Shown here: positions 29,029 through 39,008 of the stretch, one piece after another
Position numbering within the stretch: the stretch's first letter is position 1
Layout of the letters: every line of letters starts with the position of its first letter
Assembly (NCBI GenBank): GCA_963555825.3
Contig: CAUVXB020000002.1
Coordinates: 2,816,001 to 2,880,000 of the forward strand
Reading direction: 5' to 3'
DNA: 64,000 nucleotides
DNA from: Alphaproteobacteria bacterium
GTDB taxonomy: Bacteria > Pseudomonadota > Alphaproteobacteria > JAAXGF01
Made by a program: the position numbers and the translations under genes
The notes under the pieces: model-generated
The model's database searches: none
What the model was told of the DNA's origin: nothing
The model's input: only the letters and a program-made list of their open reading frames with translations

Positions 29029-30150
29029 CTACGCCAGCCGGCCGCGGGCGGCGACCGGCCAGACGCGCTCGACCACGTCGCCGCGCACACCGACGTACCA
29101 GTCGTAGAGGTTGACCGTCGGGTCGCAGTGGCCGGGGATCAGCATGACCGCATCGCCGAGGCCGAGCGTGGCGCCCTCGGCGAGCGCCAGCGTGCCGTGT
29201 TCGTCGGACGGGCCCTCGTAGGTGACGCCGTCCAATCCGTGGACCAGTGGCGGCCCCGAATCGAAGGCCAGCGCCTTGAGCCCGGCGTCGGTCACGCGGC
29301 GCGTCGGCGTCGGCGCGCTCATCACCGTGGCGCGCACGAACAGGCTGTTCTCGAAGGTCTTCCAGAGATCGCCGCCGGCGTCGAGGTTGCGGCCGTAATC
29401 GGCGTCCATGAAGACGTATGAACCGGCCTGCAGCTCGTTGAGCACGCCGGCCGCGAGGTCGAACTCGAGCGAGCCGGTGCCGCCGCCCGCCAGCACGGCG
29501 CAGTCGAGGCCGGCGGCGGCGAGCAGGTCCGCGGTTTCGCGGGTCAGTGCGGCGGCGCTCTCATTCGCGGCGCGTCGATCGCCGTGGCCGCGGATGTGCT
29601 GGGCCGCGCCGTGATAGGCCTGCAGGCCGGCGAAGCTGAGCCCCTCGGTCGCGTCGACAACCTCGGCCAGGCGCACCGCTGGCTCGCCCGCGGGCACGCC
29701 GCAGCGGCCCATGCCGACCTCGATCTCGACCAACACGTTCAGCTCGCTCGCGAACGCCTCGGCCGCTGCGCCGAGATCGGCGACATTGTCGGCGTCGTCG
29801 ACGCAGACCGAGATCCTCGCGTGACGCGCCAGTGCCGCGAGGCGGGCGATCTTGCGCGGGCCGACGACCTGGTTGCTGACCATGACGTCGCGCACGCCGC
29901 CCTCGACCATGACCTCGGCCTCGCCGACCTTTTGGCAACACACGCCGATGGCGCCGTGGGCGACCTGGTCGAGGCCGATGATCGGCGATTTATGGGTCTT
30001 GGCGTGGGGCCGCAGGCGCACCGGCGCGCCGGCCAGCCGCTCGGCCATGCGCGCGAGGTTGCGTTCGTATGCCGCGAGGTCGACGACCAGCGCCGGCGTG
30101 TCGATTTCGTCGATCGCCATGCCGATCGCGGCGGGCGCGGGCTGGGTCAT
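29029..30150 (-). CDS. DSD1-family PLP enzyme (D-threonine aldolase / 3-hydroxy-D-aspartate aldolase-like)
   Basis: TPAL, LRPHAKTHK, GGGTG, QAGSYVFMD, SDEHG and PGHCDPT motifs. Confidence 0.92.
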   Translation of the reverse strand: MTQPAPAAIGMAIDEIDTPALVVDLAAYERNLARMAERLAGAPVRLRPHAKTHKSPIIGLDQVAHGAIGVCCQKVGEAEVMVEGGVRDVMVSNQVVGPRKIARLAALARHARISVCVDDADNVADLGAAAEAFASELNVLVEIEVGMGRCGVPAGEPAVRLAEVVDATEGLSFAGLQAYHGAAQHIRGHGDRRAANESAAALTRETADLLAAAGLDCAVLAGGGTGSLEFDLAAGVLNELQAGSYVFMDADYGRNLDAGGDLWKTFENSLFVRATVMSAPTPTRRVTDAGLKALAFDSGPPLVHGLDGVTYEGPSDEHGTLALAEGATLGLGDAVMLIPGHCDPTVNLYDWYVGVRGDVVERVWPVAARGRLA

Positions 30151-30161
30151 CGGATGATCTC

Positions 30162-30608
30162 CTATTTCGCGGCGGTGTCGAACCAGATGGTGACCGGGCC
30201 GTCGTTGATCAGGCGGACCGCCATATGGGCCTGGAATTGGCCGGTCTTGACGGCGACGCCGTGGCTCTCGAGGTTCTTGCAGAACGCGGCGACCAGCGGC
30301 TCGGCGACCTCGGGCGGCGCGGCGCCGGAGAAGCCTGGTCGGTTGCCGCGCGAGGTGTCGGCGCAGAGCGTGAACTGGCTCACGGCAAGCGCTTCGCCGC
30401 CGGCATCGAGCACCGAGAGGTTCATCTTGCCGGCGTCGTCCTCGAAGACGCGCAAATTGGCCACCTTGCGCGCGAGATACTCGGCCTCGGCCTCGCCGTC
30501 GCCCTCGGCGACGCCGACCAGCACCAGGAGACCCTTGCCGACCGCGGCGATCTCCCTACCGCCGACCGCGACGCTGGCCTTGCTGACCCGCTGCACCAAT
30601 GCCCTCAT
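30162..30608 (-). CDS. dtd: D-aminoacyl-tRNA deacylase
   Basis: [13 protein letters not shown] and NDGPVT motifs. Confidence 0.97.
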   Translation of the reverse strand: MRALVQRVSKASVAVGGREIAAVGKGLLVLVGVAEGDGEAEAEYLARKVANLRVFEDDAGKMNLSVLDAGGEALAVSQFTLCADTSRGNRPGFSGAAPPEVAEPLVAAFCKNLESHGVAVKTGQFQAHMAVRLINDGPVTIWFDTAAK

Positions 30609-30621
30609 GTCGCTCTCCCCA

Positions 30622-32619
30622 TCAAATCGCCCGCGCCGCCAGCGCGCCTTCGGCCATGGCGACGTCGACGGTGCGCGGCGCGACGCAGTCGCCGACCATG
30701 TGAAGCTCGAGGCCGGCCGCCTCGATCGCCGCGCGCAGATCGTCGAGCGCCCGGTTGCCGCGCCAGGCGACCAGCAGGTCGACCGGGCCGATGCGGCTCT
30801 CCTCGCCGCTGTATACGTTGCGCGTGACCACCTCGGCGCCGTCGAGCGCGACGACGTCGGCGTTGGCGACGAACGACGTGCCGGCCGCCAGCAGGCGTTC
30901 GTAGAGCGGCACGCGCTGCACCACGTCGACGTCCTCGGCGACCGCGAAGGCCGGCGTGACGACGTGAACCCGGCATCCTTGTGCGACCAGCGCCTCGACC
31001 GCGCCGAGGCCGATCATGCCGCCGGCGTGGTCCCAGACGACGGCCGAGCACGCATCCGGCCGGCCGTCGCGCACCACGTCGTGCGGCGTCGCGACCTCGA
31101 CCGGCGAGGCGTCGGCGCCCGGCAGATCGGTGGTCTTCGGCAGCGCGCCGCTCGCCAGCACGACGGCGTCGGCGTCGAGCGAGCCGACCGCGTCGGCAGT
31201 GATCTCGCGGCCCAGCTCGACGCGCACCTGGAGCTTTTCGAGCTGGCCGCGCTGCCAGTCGATGATGCCCTGGAACTCGGCCCAGGCCGGGATCGAGGCG
31301 CGCAGCAGCAACTGGCCGCCGAGCACGGCGTCGCGGTCGTAGAGGGTGACGCGGTGGCCGCGCGTGGCGGCGACGCGCGCCGCCTCCAACCCGGCCGGGC
31401 CGCCGCCGATCACCGCGACGCGCTTGGCGCGCCCGGCCGGCGTCGCGGGGCCCCATTCGTGCTCGCGCGCGGCCTCGGGGTTGTGAATGCAGCGGATCGG
31501 CCCGCCGGCCATGGCGCGCGCGATGCAGACGTTGGCGCCGACGCAGGGCCGGATGTCGTCGAGCCGGCCTTCGCGCGCCTTGGACACCAGGTCCGGGTCG
31601 GCGATATGGGCGCGCGTCATGCCGACCATGTCGGCGTGGCCGGCGGCCAGGATGCGCTCGGCGTGCAACGGATCGACGATGCGCCCGACCGTGAACACAG
31701 GCAGCGAGACGGCGCGCTTGATGCCTGCGGCGAGCGGCACGAACAGGCCGTGCGGCGCCGGCGTTGGCGGCCAGTGCGTGGTGCGGTGCACGCGGTCGAG
31801 GTTGATGCCGGCGATGACGTTGAGGTAGTCAAGCTTGCCGGTCGCCTCGAGGACTTGTGCGATCTCCTGCATCGCCGCGGCATCGAGGCCGTCGTCGACG
31901 AATTCGTCGCCCGGGATGCGCATGCCGACGATGAGGTCACGCCCGGCGCCCTCGCGCACCGCCTCGATGATCTCGATGGCGAAGCGCAGCCGGTTCTCCA
32001 GCGACCCGCCGTAGGCGTCGGTCCGTTTGTTGGCGTAGGGCGACATGAAGGACGCGATCAGCAGGCCGAAGGCGCCGAGAATCTCGACACCGTCGAGGCC
32101 GCCCTGGCGCGCCCGCGCCGCCGCCGCGCCGAAGGCCCGCACGACCTCGTCGATCTCGGCGGTGGTCATCGCGTGCGGCGTCTCGCGCACCAGTTCCGAG
32201 CCGACGTCCGACGGCGACCACAGCGGCTGGCCGGCTTCCGCCGCATGGATCGCCGCGCCGTAATGGGCGAGCTGGGCGAGGATGCGGCCGCCCTCGCCGT
32301 GCACCGCCTCGGCGAGGTCCTGGTAGCCGGGGATGACGCTGTCGTCGGTGTTGTCGAGCGCGTCGGCCGCGCCCAGGTCGCTGGATCGGTGGACCGGTGT
32401 CGCGCCGGTGATCTGCAGGCCGGCGCCGCCGCGCGCGCGGGCGCGATGGTAGGCGACGTAGCGCGCGCCCGGCGCGCCGTCGTCGGCCAGCCGCGGAACA
32501 TGGGCGGTGATCAGCACGCGGTTGCGTATGAGATGCGGCCCGACTTGGAGGGGCGAGAAGAGATGCGGCAGTTGCGACTCTCCCGCCATTCCGTCGGCCG
32601 CTTGCGGCGCTGGCGCCAT
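30622..32619 (-). CDS. NADH:flavin oxidoreductase (OYE barrel, Fe-S and FAD domains)
   Basis: [21 protein letters not shown]...CIHNP and GGGPAG motifs, with RBS GGGAGG before 32619. Confidence 0.9.
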   Translation of the reverse strand: MAPAPQAADGMAGESQLPHLFSPLQVGPHLIRNRVLITAHVPRLADDGAPGARYVAYHRARARGGAGLQITGATPVHRSSDLGAADALDNTDDSVIPGYQDLAEAVHGEGGRILAQLAHYGAAIHAAEAGQPLWSPSDVGSELVRETPHAMTTAEIDEVVRAFGAAAARARQGGLDGVEILGAFGLLIASFMSPYANKRTDAYGGSLENRLRFAIEIIEAVREGAGRDLIVGMRIPGDEFVDDGLDAAAMQEIAQVLEATGKLDYLNVIAGINLDRVHRTTHWPPTPAPHGLFVPLAAGIKRAVSLPVFTVGRIVDPLHAERILAAGHADMVGMTRAHIADPDLVSKAREGRLDDIRPCVGANVCIARAMAGGPIRCIHNPEAAREHEWGPATPAGRAKRVAVIGGGPAGLEAARVAATRGHRVTLYDRDAVLGGQLLLRASIPAWAEFQGIIDWQRGQLEKLQVRVELGREITADAVGSLDADAVVLASGALPKTTDLPGADASPVEVATPHDVVRDGRPDACSAVVWDHAGGMIGLGAVEALVAQGCRVHVVTPAFAVAEDVDVVQRVPLYERLLAAGTSFVANADVVALDGAEVVTRNVYSGEESRIGPVDLLVAWRGNRALDDLRAAIEAAGLELHMVGDCVAPRTVDVAMAEGALAARAI

Positions 32620-32797
32620 CGTCGCCTCCCCGTGGCGGTTCGAACCTTCTTCTGTGTACGGCGTCCGCAATTCCATGAAAAGGCCGATCTGGCCGCCGCG
32701 TCGTCGCGGACTCGCGTAGCCTTGCCAGAGGTGCTACCAATTTCGCCGATATTCTGGCGCATCGCGTGCAACCCTGATACCGCCGAGGAGACACCCC

Positions 32798-33610
32798 ATG
32801 CCCGAGACCATCGAGTACGCGGCGAAGGACAAGATCGCCCGCATCACGCTCGACCGGCCCAAGCAGTTGAACGCACTCAGCTTCAAGCTGATGGACGAGC
32901 TGGGCGAGGCGCTGCGCGAGGCGGACGCCGACGATGGCGTGCACGTCGTCGTGCTCGGCCACAACGGCCCGCATTTCGGCGCCGGCTACGACCTCAAGGA
33001 GGACTGGTCGGCCAAGTACAAGGGCGCCGAGGGCGTGCTGGGCGCGCGCAACATGCTGCGCGCCTGCGTCGACTTCGAGTACCTGCCCTGGGACTGCTCG
33101 AAACCGGTCATCGCCATGGTGCGCGGCTATTGCCTGGCCGGCAGCTGCGAACTGGCGATGATGTGCTGCGTCACCTTCGCTTCCGAAACGGCCACCTTCG
33201 GCGAGCCGGAAATCCGCTTCTCGACCTCGCCGCCGGTGCTCGTCATGCCCTGGATCGTCGGCCTCAAGAAGGCGCGCGAGCTCTTGTACACCGGCGATTA
33301 CATCGACGCCCACGAGGCCGAGCGGATCGGCATGGTGAACCGCGTTTTCGCCGACGACAAACTCGAGGAAGAGACCATGCGCTACGCCAGGCGCTGCGCG
33401 GCGATCTCGGTCGAGGGGCTCCAGACGACCAAGGCGTCGATCAACCGCGGCGCCGAGATCGCCGGCTTCCGCCAGGCCATCGAGTACGGTCTCGAACTCG
33501 GCGCCATGCTCGACGCGACGCCGACCGAGACCTACCGCAAGTTCAAGGAGGTCACCGAGCGCGACGGCCTCACCGCGGCGATCCGCTGGCGCGAGAGCCA
33601 GTTCGAATAG
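32798..33610 (+). CDS. Enoyl-CoA hydratase/isomerase family
   Basis: FGAGYDL, KPVIAMVRGYCLAG and FGEPE motifs. Confidence 0.92.
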   Translation: MPETIEYAAKDKIARITLDRPKQLNALSFKLMDELGEALREADADDGVHVVVLGHNGPHFGAGYDLKEDWSAKYKGAEGVLGARNMLRACVDFEYLPWDCSKPVIAMVRGYCLAGSCELAMMCCVTFASETATFGEPEIRFSTSPPVLVMPWIVGLKKARELLYTGDYIDAHEAERIGMVNRVFADDKLEEETMRYARRCAAISVEGLQTTKASINRGAEIAGFRQAIEYGLELGAMLDATPTETYRKFKEVTERDGLTAAIRWRESQFE

Positions 33611-33801
33611 GCGCTGCCGCATAAACGTATGCCGCGAGAGTCAGTTCGAATAGGCGCCGCCCTAAAACGTAAGCAGTATACATTTTAAACGGATTTGCCC
33701 GTCCATTAAAAGTAAGCAGTATATATTTATTCGAGACCCGCCGTTGATCGCGCCGTGTCTCGAGCCGCCCATAAATATATACTGCTTACGTTTAAGGCGG
33801 C
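33590..33801. repeat. Tandem duplication of the gene end plus a MITE/REP-like inverted repeat
   Basis: 25-bp direct repeat at 33590-33614 / 33633-33657. GTAAGCAGTATAYATTT occurs at 33669 and 33712 and inverted at 33773-33789. Confidence 0.75.
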
Positions 33802-33837
33802 GTGCGGGTGTCGTGCGTAATTGTATGCTGGTTAGGT

Positions 33838-34965
33838 TTAAAGTCGGGGTGGGCGCGTGCGCTCGTCGGTCAGCGCCTGGCGCACCCAGCCGGCGATGGC
33901 GTCGACCGCGTGCTCGCTGTCGACGCCGCCGGCCGGATCGATGACCAGCGGGCCCGCCGTGTAGCCGCGGCTCGCCAGGCCGCGTTGCACCGAGGAGACC
34001 AGCGCGACGTCCTCGGCGACCGTCGTCGCGAGGTCCTGCTCGGCGAGCGCCTCGACGATTTCCGAAGGCGCGCCGTCGAGCGTGTACCAGCCGCGCCAGA
34101 CCGTCGTCCCGGTCGGTCCCGTCGGGCGCCAGAGATAGCTGTTCAGCACGCCGCCCGGGTAGACCTGGAACGAGAACGACGGCCACAGGAACCAAGAACC
34201 GTAGTCGGCGGCATGCGGGTTGGCGCCGTCGTCGATGTCGTACGCCATGTCGTCGGCCCGAGCCGCACGCGCGCTGTGGTGGAGGCAGTGGCCCTCGACC
34301 TCGACTTTGTACACCTTGGGGTCGATGACGCCACGCGCGAAGGTCGGGTGGGCGATGGCGCAGTGATAGCACTCCGAGTAGTTCTCGACCGTGACCTTCC
34401 AGTTGCAAGGCTCCTCGATGGCGATCTCGCTGACCGGCTTCATGCGCCCGATGTCGGGCAGGAAGGCGCCGAGCGCCTCGGCCGCGCCCGGGTACCACGC
34501 GGCCATCGGCGCGGCGTCTGCATCGAGGTTGACGAAGACGAAGCCGTGAAACAGCTCGAGCCTGACCTCGGCAAGGCAAATCTGAGCGATGTCGAAGCCG
34601 ACCACCTTGCCGGTATTGCGCGCGTGGCGCAGCCGGCCGTCGGTCGCGTAGGTCCAGGCGTGATAGGGGCAGCAGATGACGGGCGCGTTGCCGCTGCCGG
34701 TCAGCAGCTCGTGGGCACGGTGGCGGCAGACGTTGTAGAAAGCGCGCAGATTGCCGTCGTCCGAGCGGATCGCGAAGAGGCCCTGGTCGGCGATTCTGAA
34801 CGCGACGTAATCGCCCGGCTTGGCGAGCGCAGTCTCGTGGCAGGCGTACTGCCAAGTGCGAAAGAAGATGCGCTCCATCTCGCGCACGTGGATCTCGGGG
34901 TCGCGGTAGTAGCGCGGGTCGAGCGCGCGCCCCGGCGTGGCGGTCGCGTCGGGCGTTTGGGTCAT
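33838..34965 (-). CDS. Rieske oxygenase alpha subunit (CntA/choline-monooxygenase-like)
   Basis: CRHRAH...CPYHAW and NWKVTVENYSECYHC..AH motifs. The true start is MTQTPD, overlapping the upstream stop. Confidence 0.9.
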   Translation of the reverse strand: MTQTPDATATPGRALDPRYYRDPEIHVREMERIFFRTWQYACHETALAKPGDYVAFRIADQGLFAIRSDDGNLRAFYNVCRHRAHELLTGSGNAPVICCPYHAWTYATDGRLRHARNTGKVVGFDIAQICLAEVRLELFHGFVFVNLDADAAPMAAWYPGAAEALGAFLPDIGRMKPVSEIAIEEPCNWKVTVENYSECYHCAIAHPTFARGVIDPKVYKVEVEGHCLHHSARAARADDMAYDIDDGANPHAADYGSWFLWPSFSFQVYPGGVLNSYLWRPTGPTGTTVWRGWYTLDGAPSEIVEALAEQDLATTVAEDVALVSSVQRGLASRGYTAGPLVIDPAGGVDSEHAVDAIAGWVRQALTDERTRPPRL

Positions 34966-36158
34966 GGCCCAGGCTCCTCGAGGATCGATCGTACGACGAG
35001 CCGGGCGAAGTGGCGCACCGGCTCCTCCCACGCGGGCGAGTAGCGCCCGCCATCGTAACCCGGTGAGCGGCGGCCCGCCTGCAGATCTTCGAGCAGGCCG
35101 ATGTCTTCGGCGTTGAGCGCCCGCCACATCTCGAACACTTCGGCGCGGGCGTCGGCGTAGGCGGGTTCCGTGGCCGCCTCGCCCATCAGATAGACGTGGA
35201 TTTCCTCGCGCGTCTTGTCGGGCGCCTCGGGGATGACGCGGAACAGGGTGAACTGGTCGGGCCAGATCTCGATGCCGAGGTTGGGGAACAGCAGGAACCA
35301 CGCGCCGCGGTCCCGCTTGTCGTCGGCGAGGCCCGGGTAATGCGGCAGACCCGTGCCGCGTCCCGCCTCGGGCGCCAGGAAGCGGTATTCGTTGAAGAAG
35401 CAGCCGCCCTCGTGTCCGCCGGCGCTGCGCTTCTTCATCGGCGCGAAACGCGCGAGTTCCGGGTGCGCGGCGAAGACGTGATAGGTCTCGATGAAGTTCT
35501 CGCAGGCGAACTTCCAATTGGCGGCGACGTCGAAGGCGAGGCTGCCGGCGTGGCCGAGCGTCGAGAGATCGTAGCCGTCGAGCCGCGCGGTCACCGGCGC
35601 GAGATGGTCGTCGAGCGGCGCCGCCCGGCCCGAAAGGTCGACGAAGATCATATCGAGCCAGCAAGCCGTGCGGACCGGTGCGAGCGCGATGTCGGGCGTC
35701 GCCGGCAGGTCCTGTTCGGCGGCCTCCTTGCCGGCGAAATAGGGCCTGGCGACGAGCCGCCCGTCGAGGTCGTAGGTCCAGGCGTGGTAGGGGCAGACGA
35801 TGTCGCGTCGCCCTGCGCAGGGTTCCGAGACCAGCCGGGTGCCGCGGTGGCGGCAGACGTTGTGAAAGCCGCGTACCCCGCCGTCGGCACCGCGCACTAG
35901 AATGACCGGCGCGCCGGCGACGGTGACCGGGACGATATCGCCGCGCTCGGGAATTTCGTGCGCGAAGCCGGCCAGCAGCCAGGTTCGCGCGAACAACCGG
36001 GCCTGCTCGAGCGCGAAGAACGCCTCGCTCGTGAAGGCGGCATTGGGCATGCCGGCGGCCTCGCCGAGCGGCGCATCGAGCCGCGCCAGCGCCTCGGCGC
36101 CGATGAGCCGCGTGAGCGCGTCGTTTGCCGCCTCGGCCGACATGCCTGACGTCGGCAT
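34962..36158 (-). CDS. Rieske oxygenase alpha subunit (choline-monooxygenase-like)
   Basis: CRHRG...CPYHAW, NWKFACENFIETYHV..AH and ED..LLE..Q motifs. Confidence 0.9.
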   Translation of the reverse strand: MPTSGMSAEAANDALTRLIGAEALARLDAPLGEAAGMPNAAFTSEAFFALEQARLFARTWLLAGFAHEIPERGDIVPVTVAGAPVILVRGADGGVRGFHNVCRHRGTRLVSEPCAGRRDIVCPYHAWTYDLDGRLVARPYFAGKEAAEQDLPATPDIALAPVRTACWLDMIFVDLSGRAAPLDDHLAPVTARLDGYDLSTLGHAGSLAFDVAANWKFACENFIETYHVFAAHPELARFAPMKKRSAGGHEGGCFFNEYRFLAPEAGRGTGLPHYPGLADDKRDRGAWFLLFPNLGIEIWPDQFTLFRVIPEAPDKTREEIHVYLMGEAATEPAYADARAEVFEMWRALNAEDIGLLEDLQAGRRSPGYDGGRYSPAWEEPVRHFARLVVRSILEEPGP

Positions 36159-36194
36159 CGCCGTCCTCCCCAACGTGTGGCGATAAGCCTCTTA

Positions 36195-36275
36195 CCAAGA
36201 TTGACGCAGAAATAAAAAAATTACAATATTTTTTCAATAATATGAAATTTTTAGTATAATACATCACTTTCATCG
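36195..36275. promoter_or_regulatory. AT-rich divergent promoter/operator region
   Basis: TTTCA-N6-TGAAA palindrome at 36232-36247 and TATAAT at 36255-36260, between divergent operons. Confidence 0.55.
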
Positions 36276-36311
36276 ACCGACGACGATCCGGGTTTCAATC
36301 GGAGAGATACC

Positions 36312-38270
36312 GTGCCGGCCTTTCCCACGCTGTTCAGCCCGATCACCATCGGCGCAGTCACGCTGAAGAACCGCATCTTTTCGCCGTCCCACGGCACCTC
36401 GCTCAGTCGCGGCGGTCTGGTCGGCGACGAACTGGTCGCCTACCACGAGGCGCGCGCGGCGGGCGGCGCCGGGCTGATCGTGCTCGAGGGCGTGGGCTTC
36501 GATACGACCTTCGGCTACCCCGAGCTCTACCTCTACGCCGGCACCGATGCCTGCATCCCGGGCTTCCGCCGCCTGGCCGACGCGTGCCACGCGCACGGCT
36601 GCAAGGTCTTCGGCCAGTTGTTCCACGCCGGGCGCGCGGTGCGCGCCAGCCACGACGGCAGCCGACCGGTGACGTACTCGGCCTCGGACACGCCCGACGA
36701 GCGCTATCGCGTGGTGCCCGTGCCGATGAGCCAGCGGGTCATCGACGGGGTCGTCGCGGCCTATGGCGACGCCGCGCGGCGCTTCGAGAAGGCCGGCCTC
36801 GATGGCGTCGAGATCCTCGCCAGCATGGGCTATTTGATCGCGCAGTTCCTCAACCCGCGCACCAACACGCGCGACGACGCTTACGGCGGCTCGCTCGACA
36901 ACCGGCTGCGGTTCCTGCGCGAGGTGCTCGCCGGCATCCGCGCCAAGACCGGCCCGGCGATGGCGCTCGGCATCCGCGTCTCGGGCGACGAGATGACCGA
37001 GGGCGGCCTGACCGCCGACGAGGTGATCGAGATCTGCCAGGCGATCGACGCCGACGGCATGGTCGATTACTTCAGCGTCATCGCCGGTTCGTCGGCCTCG
37101 CCGGGCGGCTGGATCCACGTCTTCCCGCCGATGGCGATCGGCCAGGCCTATGTCGCGCCCTATGCCGCGGCGATCAAGGCCAAGGTCGCCAAGCCGGTGT
37201 TCGTCGCCGGGCGCATCAACCAGCCGCAGATCGCCGAGCGGGTCATCGCGACCGGTCAGGCGGATATGTGCGGCATGGCGCGGGCGATGATCTGCGACCC
37301 CGAATTCGCCGCCAAGGCCGAGGCCGGCCGCGCCGACGACATCCGCGCCTGCATCGGCTGCAACCAGGCCTGCGTCGGCCACCGCCTGGCGCATCACGGT
37401 GTCTCGTGCATCCAGCACCCCGAGACCGGGCGCGAGCTCGTCTATGGAACGCTCGAGCCGGCCGCGAGTCAGCGCGCGGTCATGGTCGTCGGCGGTGGGC
37501 CGGGCGGCATGAAGGCGGCCTCGGTCGCGGCGCGGCGCGGCCACCGGGTGACGCTTTACGAGCGCGGCGCGCAGCTCGGCGGCCAGACGCTGCTGGCCCA
37601 GATGCTGCCTGGACGCGCCGAGTTCGGCGGCATCGTCACCAATCTCGCGCGCGAGATGGAATTGGCCGGCGTTACCGTCGTCAAGGGCCAGGAAGTCACC
37701 ACCGAGGTGGTCCGCGAGGCGGCGCCAGACGCACTGGTGCTGGCGACCGGCGCGCTGCCACGCCCGGTGGCCGTCGAGGGCGGCGAGGCGGCCCATGTCG
37801 TCGACGCCTGGCCGGTCATTCGCGGCGAGGCCAACGTCGGCAACTCGGTCGTCGTCGCCGACTGGCGCTGCGACTGGGTCGGCCTCGGCGTCGCCGAGAA
37901 GCTGGCGCGCGACGGCTGCCGGGTGCGCCTGATGTCGGGCGGCATCGTCGCCGGCGAGGCGATCCAGGGCGTCGTGCGCGACCAGTGGATCGGCGAGCTG
38001 CACACCCTCGGCGTCGAGATGGTGCCCTATGTCCGGCTGTTCGGCGCCGACGCCGACACGGCCTATTTCCAGCACGTGACGAGCGGCGAGCCGGTCGTCT
38101 GCGAGGACGTCGACACGCTGGTCACCTGCCACGCGCTGCGCGCCGAGACGGCGCTCGCCGATCATCTCGATCGCTTCGACGGGCCGGTGCATGTGATCGG
38201 CGACGCGCTTAGCCCGCGCACCGCCGAGGAGGCCGTGCTCGAAGGTCTCGAGGCGGGCTGCGCGGTGTGA
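36312..38270 (+). CDS. NADH:flavin oxidoreductase (DgcA / N-methylproline demethylase-like)
   Basis: ARAAGGAGL, YGGSLDNR, CIGCNQAC...CIQHP and GGGPGG motifs. Confidence 0.9.
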   Translation: MPAFPTLFSPITIGAVTLKNRIFSPSHGTSLSRGGLVGDELVAYHEARAAGGAGLIVLEGVGFDTTFGYPELYLYAGTDACIPGFRRLADACHAHGCKVFGQLFHAGRAVRASHDGSRPVTYSASDTPDERYRVVPVPMSQRVIDGVVAAYGDAARRFEKAGLDGVEILASMGYLIAQFLNPRTNTRDDAYGGSLDNRLRFLREVLAGIRAKTGPAMALGIRVSGDEMTEGGLTADEVIEICQAIDADGMVDYFSVIAGSSASPGGWIHVFPPMAIGQAYVAPYAAAIKAKVAKPVFVAGRINQPQIAERVIATGQADMCGMARAMICDPEFAAKAEAGRADDIRACIGCNQACVGHRLAHHGVSCIQHPETGRELVYGTLEPAASQRAVMVVGGGPGGMKAASVAARRGHRVTLYERGAQLGGQTLLAQMLPGRAEFGGIVTNLAREMELAGVTVVKGQEVTTEVVREAAPDALVLATGALPRPVAVEGGEAAHVVDAWPVIRGEANVGNSVVVADWRCDWVGLGVAEKLARDGCRVRLMSGGIVAGEAIQGVVRDQWIGELHTLGVEMVPYVRLFGADADTAYFQHVTSGEPVVCEDVDTLVTCHALRAETALADHLDRFDGPVHVIGDALSPRTAEEAVLEGLEAGCAV

Positions 38271-38292
38271 TGAACCGGAAAGGGACGAGGCG

Positions 38293-38901
38293 ATGACGGC
38301 ACGCGCGAACTCGACGATCGAGACGCTCGGCGATGAAATTCGTCAGTTGCGCAGGGCGCGCGGCATGACGCTGCAGCAACTCGCCGAGGCGACCGGCAAA
38401 TCGGTCGGTTTCCTGAGCCAGACAGAGCGCAATATCACCAAGCCCTCGGTCGGCGCGCTGCAGGACATCGGCGAGGCGCTCGGCGTCCACATCGGCTGGT
38501 TCTTCCAGGCCGACGCCGGCGCCGGCGACGCCGAACGGCGCTATGTCGTGCGCGCCGCCGGCCGGCGCCGGCTGTCCTACGCGTCGTTCAGCTCGACCGA
38601 CTACCTGAGGCTCCACGATTCGCTGCTGTCGGCCAACCTCAACGGCGATCTGGTGCTCGGATTGTCGCGCTACGCCCCGGGCGCCTCGAGCGGCGACGAC
38701 GCCTATACCCACAAGGGCGAGGAGGCCGGCCTGGTGCTCGCCGGCACGCTGGCGCTCTCGATCGGCGCCGAGCATTACACGCTGGCCGAGGGCGACAGCT
38801 TCTCGTTCCCGAGCCACCTGCCGCACCGCTACGCCAACCCCTCGGCCGACACCGAGACGGTGGTCGTCTGGGCCAACACCCCGATCACGCTCAGGCCGTA
38901 G
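38293..38901 (+). CDS. XRE-HTH plus cupin transcriptional regulator
   Basis: SVGFLSQTER helix-turn-helix, HKGEE and GDSFSF..PHRYAN cupin motifs. Confidence 0.92.
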   Translation: MTARANSTIETLGDEIRQLRRARGMTLQQLAEATGKSVGFLSQTERNITKPSVGALQDIGEALGVHIGWFFQADAGAGDAERRYVVRAAGRRRLSYASFSSTDYLRLHDSLLSANLNGDLVLGLSRYAPGASSGDDAYTHKGEEAGLVLAGTLALSIGAEHYTLAEGDSFSFPSHLPHRYANPSADTETVVVWANTPITLRP

Positions 38902-39008
38902 GGGGCTGGGATGGGCCGCCGCCCGAATGTTGTTGAACCGGCCGGCCGGCTTCGCTAAGCCGGCTGGAGGCGGCGTACGCCGATGACCGCCCCCACAGGG
39001 AGACGACG

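Noticed and set aside
29584-33624. 1346-aa plus-strand ORF
   Set aside because: It is an antisense or off-frame shadow of the DSD1 enzyme, dtd, oxidoreductase and hydratase genes in high-GC DNA, with no motifs of its own.
33590-33730. CRISPR-like array suggested by ~43-nt periodicity
   Set aside because: Only two or three degenerate units, no constant repeat with unique spacers, one inverted copy, and no cas genes.
33838-36273. 811-aa ORF suggesting a fused double Rieske protein
   Set aside because: Its first half is an off-frame read of the upstream Rieske gene. The two genes are separate and overlap at 34962-34965.
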